Shown: in pieces, positions 26,400-39,839 of the stretch
Numbering within the stretch: the stretch's first letter is position 1
Layout: each line of letters starts with the position of its first letter
From: Octopus sinensis
Lineage: Eukaryota
NCBI RefSeq assembly: GCF_006345805.1
Contig: NC_042997.1
Coordinates: 59,458,001 to 59,522,000, forward strand
DNA: 64,000 nucleotides
Direction of reading: 5' to 3'
Notes under the pieces: model-generated
What the model was told of the DNA's origin: nothing
The model's database searches: none
The model's input: the letters and a program-made list of their open reading frames with translations, nothing else
Program-made: the position numbers and the translations under genes

Positions 26400-26575
26400 G
26401 ATAAGATTAGCCATGAATATGATCAAAGATATTCCACTCATAACATACCTATTTTGTTTTTAGACTACATTACCCAATGTGTCCTTCCTTTTAAGGCAGC
26501 AGGGTGCAATTTGAGAGAGATTTGACTGCTATTTCTAAATCAAGTAACCACTCAGAGGCACTTTTGTTGGTCTGT
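26400..26575 (+). repeat. Unclassified abundant dispersed repeat (family H)
   Basis: TATGATCAAAG...ACTACATTA(C/T)CCAATGTGTCC...GATTTG(G/A)CTGCTATTTCTA motif; further copies at ~30380-30590, 54770-55160 (interrupted), 56260-56420 (reverse), 58630-58815, 63720-64000. Confidence 0.6.
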
Positions 26576-26766
26576 TCATTCTTAGATGCCACATGTTGTG
26601 ACTATCACAAAAGGAGGTGGCTAAGGGATTTTCTATGTCAATTTCATTTTAGTGTTAGATTTCATCTGTAGCAATATTGTTTTCTTCATTGCTATCTTCA
26701 CTGTTTGAGAAAAGTATTAAGAATGATCTTGTTTGAGATTACAAACATCTTTGGCCAGTTTAATGT

Positions 26767-27899
26767 TGTTGTAACCACTAACCTGATTGGTTGACACGTG
26801 ATGCGATTTGTCTCCACTTATCTTCGCGCCACTGGTTGACATGTGACACGAGTGGTCTCTACATAGTTCACGCCACTGGTTGACATGTGACGTGGTTTGT
26901 CTCTACATATTTCGCGCCATTGTTCCAAGCCAGCCAATCACGGCCTTTGGTTAAGATTCCATTTGAGGCTCGTTTTGAGCCACCCAAACGATATATAAAG
27001 GAGTGTTTTCAGACACTTTTCGTCTTTGGTTTCTAGTCCTTGTGAGGACTAAACCTCTGACCACACAGAACATACTCAACCATGTTCCAGTTCGAAAGGC
27101 AGGCGACCACCAAGCAAAACTATCTACGAAGATTTAGCTTGTACATAAGATGGCTACAGATTCAACTCATACTGTTAGTGTGAAAATCTCACCATGGAAA
27201 AACAGTTGCAGAATATCTATATCAAAAGAAAAATAACTAAGCAGAATATATAATGAAGACGCTGCAAAAACCAAGCGACAGACACGACGTTATCGCCAAC
27301 ATCGTCTCTATCTACATAAGATAGCTACAGATTCAACTCAAGCGGTTAGGTGAAAATCTCACCACGGGAAAACGGCTACAGCAAATATATCTGAAAGAAT
27401 ATCCATATCAAGAGAAAGATAAACACAAGTGATTCAACTAATCTCAGCTCCGAGACACAACATCTTGCTATTGAACTCTTACACTTCGTGTACCTCATAA
27501 ACAGTAAATCAATTACCTGTCTTTAGTTTTAGTTCTTGTAAGAACTGGCTTCAGAGACAGTACTGCTCAACCAAATGATATACGATTGTTCCTGCTACAA
27601 CTAGCTACGACGCTAATGTACACTCAACACAGAGAGCCTACTATCTTCGCTGCCTCCACCATCAGGTACTTTTCTATGCCAGCCGCACACACACACGAAC
27701 ACAAACACATGTTGCATGCGCACGTACGTGCTAACGTTTACAAACTCCCAACATCAACACGATTGTAAAATAAATAATGTTTATATCTCAAACAAAAGAC
27801 TTGTTGTCAATCCACTTATGTTCTATTGTTACTGCATGTATTTATGGCTTGTAATAACTCATTAAGAATGGGACCGCGTGTGATTGTATTCCCTACACA
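26767..27899 (+). mobile_element. Probable solo LTR (Gypsy-like, ~1.13 kb)
   Basis: Begins TGTTGTAA and ends CTACACA; 4-bp flanks ATGT/ATGC; U3-like tandem repeats, CCAAT, TATA, AATAAA near 27770; CpG-rich compared with its flanks. Confidence 0.65.
26785..26999 (+). promoter_or_regulatory. LTR U3 promoter: three ~45-50 bp repeats with E-boxes, CCAAT box, TATA box
   Basis: GGTTGACA(C/T)GTGA x3, ATTGG at 26785-26789, CCAAT at 26934-26938, TATATAAA at 26992-26999. Confidence 0.5.
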
Positions 27900-29458
27900 A
27901 TGCGACCACATGTGATCCTGTTCTTACACATCTATTAGTAGGGGGTTTATTACAAGGGATATGTTAGGGGCCTATATTTGCCTATGTAGTCTTGAACCTA
28001 CAGAAAAGTCATCATCCCCATTATCTTTCCTATGGCTCCATGTCAAACCAATTCTAATAGAAAAATGGCCATATAGACTGTGTACTCAAGAGGTTGTGAG
28101 TTCTAATTTATTGAAAATGTTTGTCTGTACATTTGCCATTAGTTCATCAAGATATGGTAACCAGATACCAAGTTTCTCTGGGAAAGTTACTTGTGGAATG
28201 CTAGCTTTCCATCCAGAAGCTTTTGTCTCTTGTTCATTCATTTATTACTACAGAAACTGGAATTAACCACTGGCTTTATGGACCTTTTGGCCTAATTTGG
28301 AAAAGATGTTATAGAAACTAAATCAAGCATCTGTAACCGTTTTGACTTCAACCCACCTGAGACTGTCCCAGGTCCTGTAATATAAACCTCTTGCTTTAAA
28401 CCGATCAAAATTAAAACCTGCCATTAAAATTTCATGTTAATTCATATTCCAAACATCAGCTTAATAATACCAAAATTATTTCATTAAATTCTTCATTATT
28501 TTCAAAATTATTTGAAACAATGCAATGTATTTCAAAAAATGTATGGTAACAAAAAGTTAATATAGTTTTGCTGTCTAAAAAATTTCTTTGATTTAATCAG
28601 GGTGGGAACAGTAAAGCTCCACGAGTCTTTTCAAGGCCTTTGCAACCAATCAGAGGCAGTAATACCCACCCCATAGACTTGGTTTGATGTTTGCAAAAGA
28701 GTAGACTCCTCCCAAAGGCCTTAGGGACCATGTCATGGTGGTGTTAAACTGGCCAGTAGATTAAGTCTATTCATTAGACAACGCAGGATTAAAATGCAGT
28801 ATTTCAGATTTATTAGTCTAAAAACCAACCTTCCTCATATATCACTATGTTATTTATTAGCAAATATATGAGCATTACAGCAAATATTTCTTGGTCTACC
28901 AATCTGTTTCACTTGGATACCATTATGAAACCAACACAAAATAGTTTACCACTAAAGTTTCACAATTTATTTCAATATTGTATCTGTACTAAGACAAACA
29001 TATAGATAAACTTAGGTAACAAAATCAGAGATAAACACAAAAACAAATTCCTTCCAGTGCAGAAAGGGGCCAAGAGGTTATGAAAGGTTCATTATTATTA
29101 TTACCATCATCATCATTATAACGTTCACTTTCCAATGCTCATGTGAAGGTTACTGAGGCAGATTTTCTACAGTCAGATACCCTTCCTGTAGCCAATGTGT
29201 ACCTGTTTCCAAGCAAATAATACATGTAACTTTTATTAAATATGTTGAGTGCCATTTTCTTTCATTTGCCTATTCATATAAATAAAAGTAATAACTTTAT
29301 ACCTTAATGCTTATATTAAAACATTAGTCAATTGAAAGTAGTTCAGAAATGACTAGTCTTTACTTCATTGCCTTAAATGGAGAAGAAAAGGAGGTAGGCA
29401 TCTACTGAGCAGAGGCTGGCATCATACTTGATATAAAATCTCTATATTTATTGTTTTG

Positions 29459-29760
29459 TGGAGGCGCAATGGCCCAGTGGTTAGGGCAGCAGACTCGCAG
29501 TCAGAGGATCGCGGTTTCGATTCCCAGACCGGGCGTTGTGTGTGTTTATTGAGCAAAAACACCTAAAAGCTCCACGAGGTTCTGGCAGGGGGTGGCGGCG
29601 ACCCCTGTTATACTCTTTTGCCACAACTTTCTCTCACTCTCTCTTCCTGTTTCTTGAGTAATGCTGTGATGAACTGATGCCCCGTCCAGCTGAGGGGGAA
29701 CACATATGCCACACAAACCGAGAAACCGAACCCAATGAGCCTGGCTAGGTTTGAAAAGGG
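29459..29760 (+). mobile_element. tRNA-derived SINE family E
   Basis: A-box TGGCCCAGTGG and B-box GGTTTCGATTCC followed by a non-tRNA body. Confidence 0.75.
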
Positions 29761-29821
29761 TGACGAAAATATTTATTGTTTTAAATTCATGAATCATGTG
29801 TGTTAAAGGAATAGGAGCAAT

Positions 29822-30277
29822 TCATCATCATAACCATCATTATAATGTCCAATTCTTCATGTCTGCATGAGTCAGATGGAGTTAATTGAAGCAGATTTTC
29901 TACAGCTAGATGCCCTTCCTGTTGTTGCCAACCCTCATCTGTTGCCAAGCAAGGTGATATTTTTCCATGGCTAGACATGTTTCCACAGAAGATTGGAAAT
30001 GAACGACACTACTTGTATGTCAGTGACAATCATTTTACAACTATCACACAGTATCAAGACAAAAAGATACAAACATACACACACTCACCCACATGCACTT
30101 ATATACATATAGGATGGACTTCTTTCAGTTTCCATCTACGAAATCCACTCACAAGGCTTTAGTTGACCTAGGGCTGTAGTAGAAAACACTTGCCCAAGGT
30201 GTTATACAGTGGGACTGAACCTGAAACCATGTGGTTGAGAAGCAAAGTTCTTAACCACACAGCCACACTTGCACCTA
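29822..30277 (-). mobile_element. SINE family A head + C2 body (V-domain-like core, (GAT)n tail)
   Basis: A head at 30115-30277 (minus); body contains GGTTGGCAACAACAGGAAGGGCATCTAGCTGTAGAAAATCTG. Confidence 0.75.
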
Positions 30278-30917
30278 TGTATCATAGGTAGAACATTCTT
30301 GAATCTAGATGATAAAGAATATAGCAGGTAAAAAATCAGAGCATAATTTGGCAGTTTAATTGACATCCAGACATATTGTTGTTTAGCTAAAGATCAACTG
30401 TGAATGATAGATCTATGATCTAAGATGTTCTAGTGTGACCATCCTGCCTTTTATTCAGACATAGTGCATTTATGATTACATTATCCAGTGTACTTTCCCT
30501 TCTATTAAGATGATAGAGTGTGACTAAAAAAAGATTTGGCTACTATTTCTAGCAGGTCAAGCTAGAGGGATCACATGGAGGCTTCCTGATTGACTTAATT
30601 TCAGTGAATATCAGTAGTATGGTTTAAATTCAGAAATATGCGTGGTGCAATGCAGTGTGAGGAGAGTCATTAATAGGATTTTCAGAAGACAGATTAAACA
30701 CAAAATGTGTTGAGAAAGTAACTAAACATTAAAAGCATTGGCTAATGCATAGTCTTAGTCTTCTATTATAATTCCACTTAAAATAGTAAACATGACATGA
30801 AAATGTTTTACCTGTGAGTAAAGTGTAATAACCTAACCCTAATTTCAACCAGGCTTTACAAATTTGTCTCAGTTCTAATACACACCCTAACTTTTCAAAG
30901 ATCAAACCACAGTATAC

Positions 30918-31138
30918 CTATTTCTTTACTAGCCACAAGGGGCTAAACACAGAGAGGACAAACAAGGACAGACAAACGGATTAAGTTGATTATCTCGACC
31001 CCAGTGCGTAACTGGTACATCCAAAAGGATGAAAGGCAAAGTTGACCTCAGCGGAATTTGAACTCAGATTGTAGCAGCAGACCAAATACTGCTAAGCATT
31101 TCGCCCGACGTGCTAATGTTTCTGCCAGCTCGCCACCT
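30918..31138 (-). mobile_element. SINE family B (internal deletion)
   Basis: Same consensus as 9414-9650 with ~15 bp missing in the core. Confidence 0.8.
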
Positions 31139-31175
31139 TTTAACCATAGTATACCAACAGAATGTTGGTTTAATT

Positions 31176-31521
31176 CAGTGGTTCTCAACTGGTGTCTGTA
31201 TGTCCCTTGAGGGTCCATGTAAGATTTTGAGGGTCCACGCAAGCAAAATAGTAAATTGGAGATCCAGAGTACTATTTTAAGAATTCATGAAAAAATTCTG
31301 CTTTAGATGTATTTATTCTAAGAATTAGTTAGCTTTCTTTCTCTAATGTTTTATGTTGTTCAACTTACACAAGTTGTAGTGTGAAAAGCAAAATAGAAAT
31401 TTTGAAAGGAGCATCTATAAAACTAGTTTTACACATCAAATGTCTTTGGTGGGGTTCACCAAAACCAGAATAGAATAGTAATCAAAGAAGTCTATAGGCA
31501 AAAAATGGTTGAGAATCACTG
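31176..31521. mobile_element. hAT-Charlie-type MITE
   Basis: TIRs CAGTGGTTCTCAAC / GTTGAGAATCACTG; 8-bp flanks GTTTAATT / CTCTAACT partly match. Confidence 0.8.
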
Positions 31522-32009
31522 CTCTAACTGATGCTGCTGCATATGCTTGGAATAAAAAAAGAAAGGAAAAATAAACCCACACCATTTAAGTTATATATTT
31601 TGCAGCCTACAAGTTGAATTTTTCAGATTAAAATTTACAGTCAAAAATAAGGTAGATCAACTAATACACTTATAAATTCAAAAGAACTTTTTGAAGGACC
31701 AAAATTTCCATGTGAAATGCAGTAGGATTTGAAAAGATAGTGATGATGTTTGAATGTTTACACTATATACTACATTGACTTGTATGTTAGAAACTATAGC
31801 AGCTCCCTTTGCTGAATTAGTACCCGAGGATTCAGGAGTAGATGTTGTTATTTGCTAAGAAGAGCTGCAGTTAATTTTGCTGTTTAATGCACTGGATAGA
31901 CTGACACAGAAATATAATAAATACACTCACATATGTACATGTATGTGTCTGTGTGTGTGTGTAGTAAGCTATGGAATTCTTACATTCTCTCAATTTCCTA
32001 TAATTCAGA

Positions 32010-32150
32010 CTGCCTCATGGTCCCAGCAGACAGAATGGAAAAGGCGTTGCCCAAGAAGATTGCTAGGGTGATGCACTGGAATAGCCACTCTGACTCATGG
32101 GTCTTGCATTTGTGAAGAGCCATCTCTGCCTTCATAGCGGTGAGTAGAGA
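32010..32150 (-). pseudogene. Possible CRE-clade non-LTR retrotransposon C-terminal fragment
   Basis: Minus frame ESEWLFQCITLAIFLGNAFSILSAG resembles the W-L-x-Q-R-I-S-x-A-x-Q-R-G-N-A-x-S-I-L terminus of CRE elements. Confidence 0.45.
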
Positions 32151-34414
32151 ACAAGCAAAAAGTCTAATGGAGATATTGGAAATATTCTCATTAAAGTTAA
32201 GAGTATTAGGAACAAATTATAATTGTTAATATATAATGAATTATTAATTAGCTGCATTATAAAAATCAGTTTGGATATCAATAAAGAATTAGGAAACTAT
32301 AGCAACACTGAACAGGAATATGAGCTTAAGCTTCACTTAGCTCTCACATAAAGTTTTCTTTTTCATTTTTCTCTGATTATATATTTGTCCATCCATATGT
32401 GTGGGTGGGTGGGGGAGGAGGGCAACTTCTATAGAACCTTTTAGAAATAATTTTTCACCGAGTGACTAAGATAAAAGAAGCAGATATTCTTGAAATTGTT
32501 ATTCCTCAATCTGAAAAATAAATCTAATTAGTAAACTGTAATGAATTTAGTTACTGGGTTTCTGCTGAAATTTTTTTTTTTATTGTAGGCTGTGAGGATT
32601 AAGTCCATCTTACTGCTTACAATCTATGGTTGGAAACTAGAAGTCCTACAATTAAATGAAGTAAAACAACAAAACCCTTTAAGAGAATGTTAGGAACTTT
32701 TAATCCACTTCAAGCATCAATGCTTATATAGAATCAATTCATATCAAACTATGAATTGACCCAGTAAATAAATAAATAACTTTCAAGAACTTTTCTTTTG
32801 TCTTTTAAAAAGCTGCTTTAGTTAAAGACAATCAGTTTGTGTATTTGTATTTCTTCTTTTGTTCTGAAAACCTGTTCACTACTTGGGAGAAATTTTTTAA
32901 GAAATTAGAAGAAGAATTTTTGTTTCTATTTTCCAAATTTTCTTAACCACAACAAGAGAAAATTTTGTCAAACAAAGTAAGAATGAATATGAGAGAGAGA
33001 GAGACAGACAGACAGTTTTCACTTACTGAATCTATAGTTTGTCCACCAGTTGAACAGTCAATATTTCATGTAGTCGTCAAAACTTCACTGTGTCCCAAAC
33101 TGAGACACTTCGTAGTTGCCCAGTCTACTTAACTATAAATAAATACCAGGGATAGCTGCAGCTCACTTCTTTTAATTGGCAGCAGCAAAAGCAGCACTGT
33201 TTAATTAACAGCATTGTGATTAGCAATTACAAGCCTGCTGTAGGCAATGAGAAACCACTCCAATGCATTCTCTCTAAGAGATCCTAAAATTGACAGGGTC
33301 TCTTGACAACATTCAGTACAAAAAAATCTGCTTCAAAGAAAAATGTCTTGTAACAAGACAAAAAAAAAAAAGTATCAGTAATACATCATCTCTTTCACTC
33401 TCGGGTTTAGAAAGCTGTGTGAAGTTTTAGCTGTTCCTAAAGTGATTAAAAGGCTTCCACAACAAAGAAGATAAATAATGCAGCCATTAATATGAAACAG
33501 CCTAAGATACAAGAAAAATTCTTGAAGGTTTTTATTTATTTATTTAAACTGGTCATTTAAAAGTCAAGTTGATAATGGATATTTCTGTCATTTTTTTTTG
33601 CCTTTTCTTGCAGTTTTATGTGCATTTTCTTCATGCTGTAGCCCATCACCATGACACCTATATCAAACACTGTACATACCATTTGGACACTCTTATGTTT
33701 ACCAAAATTATTTTTACAGGCAACATCATCATTTAATAGCCATTTTGCAAAGGTCAGATGGAATTTGTTGAGGCAGATTTTCTATGGCCAGATGCCCTTC
33801 CTATCACCAACCCTTACATGCTTCAAAACCAGGTAATATTTTCCTATAGCTAGACAGGTTTTTCCACTAGGCTAATTTAGTTATTTCTCTGTAAAAAAAC
33901 ACTACAAATCTATTTTTATGACCTTTCTCACTACCTAGAACCACTTCATTTGACACCTATCTAAACATTACCCTTCTCCACTCTCATTTGATATTGATCA
34001 CTCTTCTATGTTTGCCGTTCTCCTCACACTTTTGCAACCTAGTCACCCATACTTCACATTTTTTCTCTCATATATTTCTCATGTATACTATATTATTTTT
34101 ACTATTTTACTGTTCTTCATCTTTCTCCCAGTCATCATCTAACTCCTCTACCTTCCCTCTAACTCATATGTATCATTGATCACCCTTCTGCCCTTGTTCA
34201 CCATTCACTTCATCCACCTCACCTAACTGTACCCAATCTCTACAGTCCAGTCAGCACCTACTCTCCAAGTCATAATTATCATTGACACCCCTCCACCTTT
34301 GTTAATTATATTCACACTACACTCCTGCTGCATCTCTAACTATCCCTTACTCCACCAATACACTTTTGCAACCACTACCCACTCAACTTCTCTGTTGTCC
34401 CCACTCCCTTCTTT

Positions 34415-35774
34415 TCACTTTCTTGTACCTTGAAGGCTCATCTTCACATGCTGGTGAATATTAATGAGCTGATGTTTGATATTGTTGACCATTTCATCAA
34501 TGCGTTGAGAAATTGTGTTATTACTAAGTGGAATCTTCTTCATAATGTTATCGGGATTTTCATGCATAACGGCTGACAAAATCTCTTCCATAACTGGGTG
34601 AAGTAATGTTTCTCCAATTGTGTGAGACTTCCCGGACTTAGCAACAAGCAATGCAATGTTGTACAATGCAATCAAACCATCATTCTCCTGTTTACTAGTT
34701 TTCTGGAGTAGCAAGTTGAATATTTGTGTTTGCTTTTTGAAAGAGGAGCTCAGTTGCAAAAAGTATGACAATGGCTTGTCCTTCTTGTCAGAATGCCTTG
34801 CATCAAAGTGATACTTCAAGTATGAAGGTTTCATTGCTTCATTGGTCAATGTTTGATAGCAAAGAAGATATATTGGTAACTGACAGTTCTGAGGAGAGGG
34901 AATAAATCCAAACGATAAATAATCACTACTGTATTGTTGACAAATTTTCTTGACTGGAGGCATCTGTAAAGTGAAAATGAACTTCTACAGACGGCGTCAG
35001 AAAGGTAGTGTGGCATTCCCAAAGAGAAGTTGATAGAGCAGAGTCAGGTGACATCTTTCCTGGAGCAAATATGGATTTTGTTCGTTTTTGGCTGCCAGCA
35101 TTTCAAAAATTAAAGTTTATTGGAAATTTTTTAATTTGGCACATTAATATACCTTTCCAAGCTAAATTGCTGAAGTTATTTAACTTTTCCCAGAAAAATG
35201 ATTCAAAAAAGTTATAGAGGTTTAAAGTATGATCATTTTCACCCAGTCAAGAAACATGATTTCAATGCTGTCATTTTGTGCGTGACTGCACATTTTATCA
35301 ACATCCTGAAAACAGCACTTGTGTTTTGATATGAAACCATAGAATTACACACGACATATAACCCCTCATACCTTTTTTTATTTTCCAGAGTTTTCAGAAA
35401 TTTTTTGCGAAATTATATTCTACATGCAGGACCTCATAGGATTATGCAAAAAAAAAAAAAAGAGCGTGATTTAAAGCCTAGGCTACTTTGCTGCTATTTT
35501 TAGCACATACAACAACCATTCCAATGATTGTGCAACAAAAATATTTGATTGATAAAAAAAGTGCTTTTTTTTTTAATACTCATGCGAGTAGTCAAATCGA
35601 TAAAATTACATCCTTATTCTAGGCATGCCTAGATATAGGTAAATATAGACTTGATTTCTAAAAATTCTTTGTCACCCACAGAGCCCACCAAAATCTCAAA
35701 TCACTCACCGTTTTCTAGAAATTTGCCCAATCACCCACCTGTAAGTTGAAATCGCCCACAAGTGGGAAGCTATG
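34415..35774 (-). mobile_element. hAT-Charlie/Buster transposon, 5' portion with truncated transposase
   Basis: ORF 34963-34415: YLSFGF...LTNEAMKPSYLKYHF...LLVAKSGKSHTIGETLLHP...IPLSNNTISQRIDEM. TIR-like CATAGCTTCCCACTTGTGGGCG at 35774. Confidence 0.85.
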
Positions 35775-35984
35775 ATGTTGACGAAAGAACTTTGACAGAC
35801 GTGTAAACTAAAACTAAAGTGAAGATTGAATAAATAGTGCATGTGTTTATTTGGCAAAAACAATAAAAAAAAAATAAAAATGACCATCTCCAAGTATAAC
35901 AATATCTGTTTCAACACACGTTTTCACATCAAGAATCTTGCAAAATAAACACACACACACATATGTATATAAATGTCTTTATAT

Positions 35985-36052
<68 letters not shown>

Positions 36053-36123
36053 AGTTATTCTAAGTATATATATATATAAGTTATTCTAAGTTATATATAT
36101 ATATATATATAAGTTATTCTAAG

Positions 36124-36166
<43 letters not shown>

Positions 36167-36176
36167 TTATTCTAAG

Positions 36177-36210
<34 letters not shown>
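35985..36210. repeat. (TA)n array punctuated by four TAAGTTATTCTAAG(T)TA units
   Basis: Directly visible. Confidence 0.9.
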
Positions 36211-36211
<1 letters not shown>

Positions 36212-37252
36212 GAGGGAGTGAGAAGTAAAAGAGAAAAGACACGAAAGGATGGGATGGGACATTACAATAGTAGAACTTGGAAACTGCACATCTGTGTGGA
36301 TTGTATATAAAGAATCACAAAATATGCTAAGTAGCAAATATGTCTGCTGTGCACTTCATAAGTGTGTGTGAGAGAGAGAGAGGGGGGGAAGAGAGAGAGA
36401 GTTGGTTAGACAGGCATATAAATAGATGGATCAGTGTATAGTAGAACTCTGATAAAGGAGGGGAGTGAATGAAAGAGAGATGAAGATAGGTAGAAAGAAG
36501 AAGAGACATAATTGAGAGTAAGCTAGCAAGCAATAGATACATAAATAGAATGAAGTACAGAAGTGGTAAACAAAGTAAAAAATAATTACACAAATACACA
36601 GACAGGGAAGAGAGAAAAGGCAAACTGAAAAGGAAGTTGTATGCAAAGGATTTTCATTGAGTAGTAGTAGTAGTAGTAGTTGTTGTTACAATTTCAACAA
36701 TAAAGGAAACGTTAACATTGTTGCTGAATAGAACTATTTCTGAACGTAATTATATTATTATTGTTGTTATTTTTTTTTCTTCCCCAATTCACAGCTTTAC
36801 AGACGTAATTTAGCAGGTGCATTTTCTATGTGACTTCAGTTACCTAAAAACGTTTTTATTGTTCTCCCTATCCCTAATAAACAAACTTTTTGAAGCAATC
36901 CCAATCTTCTTCACCCATCCTTTCAGTCTGCTGGTCACTGTACTGGATGACTCTAAAGGGATAGAAATGACTCAAACCTTCTTGCAGTATCATATTCTGT
37001 CTAATTTCAATTCACAAGCTTTGGTATCAATCTTATCTGTTTCCTTCTCAGTCACTTTTCAATGAAAAAGACATGCCATATCTACCAAGAGGAAGGCTCT
37101 CTTCTTATCTAAAATGACTGTCCAGGATTTAGAATGTTTTGTTGTGTTGTCAGTCTAAACCTTTATGTTTCACAATATCTTCAATTACTAAATTCTCTAG
37201 GACTTTTTCTGCTTTGAGCTTGTATCATCTTTCTGCATAGTTTTATGAAGTA

Positions 37253-38253
37253 CTAGCAGTATCGCCCGGCGTTGCTCGGGTTTGTAAGGGAAATAACTAT
37301 ATAAGCATTTTTAGTGAGTTATAGCAAAAAATGCATTAAAAATGGAATAAAAAATGATGGTAATTTTTTTTTTAAATCGTTGACTCATCGTGGACATTTT
37401 TAGAGAGTTACTTCCTTTATATAATAGCGAAAAATGCATTAAAATGGAATAAAAAATGATGGTAATTTTTTTTTAATCGTTGACTCATCGTAGACATTTT
37501 TAGAGTTACTTCCCTTATATAATAGCGAAGAATGCATTAAAATGGAATAAAAAATGATGGTAAATTTTTTTTTTAATCGTAGACTCATCGTAGACGCGCG
37601 CTAATACCCAGAAGGGCTTGATATGAATCACGACTATAAGATACCCGGTTTTGGTTACACTGCACCGCAAAATGTGGGAGTAGTTAGGAATCTAAATCGT
37701 AGGAGACAGACACACAACCTTGCTTTTATATATAAAGATTTGTGCAACAACTAAAACATTCGGTTGTGCAAATTGTTTGCACAGGAAACCTGCCCTGTGT
37801 GGCGGTAATTGCCGTTTTTGTGGATCTGTTTCAGCTTTTTTAGCGATTTCTGTTTTGGCGACTTCAAGCCATGAAATCGTTGTTCTAAAAGAACGCTGGT
37901 CTCCTTGACAACGCATTACGACGTTGATTTCCTTACACTCCCTTCCCCACAGCTTCACGAGGGAGGGAAGAAGGGGAAGAAGCAAAGAGGTGCAGGTGTG
38001 AGCGTTGACGCCAACTCCGCCGCCATCGACACACGAAAAAATATGCATTAAAATGGAATAAAAAATGATGTTAAATTATTTGTAAAATCGTAGGCTCATC
38101 GTAGACGCGCGCTAATACCCAGACGGGCTCGATATGAATCACGACTATAAGATACCCGAATTTGGTTAAACTGCACCGCAAAATGTGGGAGTAGTTAAGA
38201 ATCTAACTCGAAGGGGACAGACACTCACACAACTACAGTTTTATATATATAGA
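37253..38253 (-). mobile_element. Non-autonomous Helitron with two 5' ends and ~100-bp subterminal tandem repeats
   Basis: Minus strand: A|TC starts at 38253 and 37738, hairpin CCCGAGCAACGCCGGG 8 nt before CTAG|T at 37253; repeat units start at ~37331, 37434, 37532. Confidence 0.85.
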
Positions 38254-38289
38254 TTTATTTTTGCGTGAATTTCAAGTATTCACTCATTA

Positions 38290-39780
38290 TGTGTACAACT
38301 GTCTCATCTCATGTATTACAATGTCTGCTCTTTCCACTGATGTTCTCTCAGCCAATCACTTTCCTAATGTGTCTTATCCTAAGAGTTTGACCTTGCGATA
38401 CTATGATCAACCCTTTGGTTTCTCTTTTTAGGCCAGCTCTCTTCAGCCAATCCCATCTTTTGCTGTCACAGTTGCTCTTTGTACTCCAGTAGGATTGTCT
38501 ATGTAAGGGATTTTCTTTATGGTTGTTTAACTTTACTTGATATAATTTTAATTTCTTTGCTCCTGTGCTGAGTATTGATTCTGCCACAAATGCTTTCAAG
38601 AGTTGTGCACAATTTGTCTCTGTATATTCTTGGAAATTGTTTATTTCTGTAGATACACAATCTTTAACACTTAGAATTCTACTTTCCCCTTTGCTCCACT
38701 TGACATTGTGCCTGTCTATATCAGATTAGAGGTGCAGTGCTCTGTACATTGTCAAGAGTTTCCTCATTCTCTGGTCAGTAGGGGTGCAGTGCCCTGTATA
38801 TTGTCAAGAGTTCCTTCATTCGCTGCTCCTATTTCTCATTTGTCCATTTGATGATGCCTGCACTATACCTGATGACTGACACCGGTCTCAATACAATCAC
38901 AGCTATAAACTCAAAACTGTTGGGCACTAATTTAGAATCTTTCTATCCCTCCTATAATATTTGTTTAATGTTTGTCTTTCATCATTTTATCCTTGATGCT
39001 ATTGGTCTCTTAGCATATCAAGATATTTGTATGCTCCTTCCAGGTCTATCTCTCATTGTTTTTTTGTTTGGAAGTTTGATTCCATTCCAATGATGGCAAG
39101 CTGGCAGAAACATTAGCACACTGGACGAAATGCTTTGCGGTATTTCGTCTGCTGCTACATTCTGAGTTCAAATTCCGCTGAGATCGACTTTGCCTTTCAT
39201 CCTTTCGGGGTCGATTAAATAAGTACCAGTTACGCACTGGGGTCGATATAATCAACTTAATCCATTTGTCTGTCCTTGTTTGTCCCCTCTGTGTTTAGCC
39301 CCTTGTGGGTAGTAAAGAAATAGGTATTTTCACTTTTTCTTTTATCAGTGAAACTCCACACTTGCATATCCCAGACTCCATTTTAATGTTTTCAGTGAAA
39401 ATTCTAACAGAATTCATCATCTAGTTATTTCTCTGCCCTGCCCAACAGCTTGAGGTCATCCATAAATAGTAAATGATTTATGGTTTTTATGCCCTTTCCA
39501 AAATTATAGTCTGCTTCTTTGTTTAGAATAAGCAGAAATGGGTAACAGTAATAATATGAATAACATGTGACATGCTTTCCCTTTTGAAAGACAACATGTT
39601 TTAGTTCAACCATCCATAAGGATATTCCACAAAAAGTTTACTCAGTTCTCTATGATTTCATACTGATTTCAAATCATATTCTTTATCTTTGGGTGAATTT
39701 GAAGAGGTCCAGATATTTGACAATCCATGGGAGGAAGACCATGTCATAAGCTTTCTTGTCAGTCAATGCATGTTTACAGC
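38290..39780 (-). mobile_element. R4/Dong-clade non-LTR retrotransposon relic, interrupted by a SINE
   Basis: INHLLFMDDLKL (RT), AYKYL..YYRRDRKIL..VIRYSAGIIKWT, WDWLKRAGLKRETKGLIIVSQGQTLRIRHIRKVI. Confidence 0.8.
39092..39327 (+). mobile_element. SINE family B, full length
   Basis: Matches the 9414-9650 consensus; inserted in the R4 relic. Confidence 0.85.
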
Positions 39781-39839
39781 CAGTCAAACTTGTCTCCTTT
39801 TGCAGTTTCCGATAATTGTTTTATTTCTCAGAAGTTAGT

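Noticed and set aside
28334-28560. piggyBac-like MITE ends (also ~17257-17470, ~61820-61990)
   Set aside because: The TTAA-CCC/GGG-TTAA termini are too degraded to call with confidence.
29459-29530. tRNA-like sequences (also 5493-5560 and other SINE heads)
   Set aside because: A/B boxes continue into SINE or pLTR bodies with no complete cloverleaf, so these are not tRNA genes.
32010-32137. + strand segment bounded by TTCAG and GTGAGT
   Set aside because: All three + frames contain stops; the minus strand is better explained as a CRE retrotransposon fragment.
37331-37590. Regularly spaced ~100-bp repeats
   Set aside because: There are no unique spacers; these are Helitron subterminal tandem repeats, not CRISPR.
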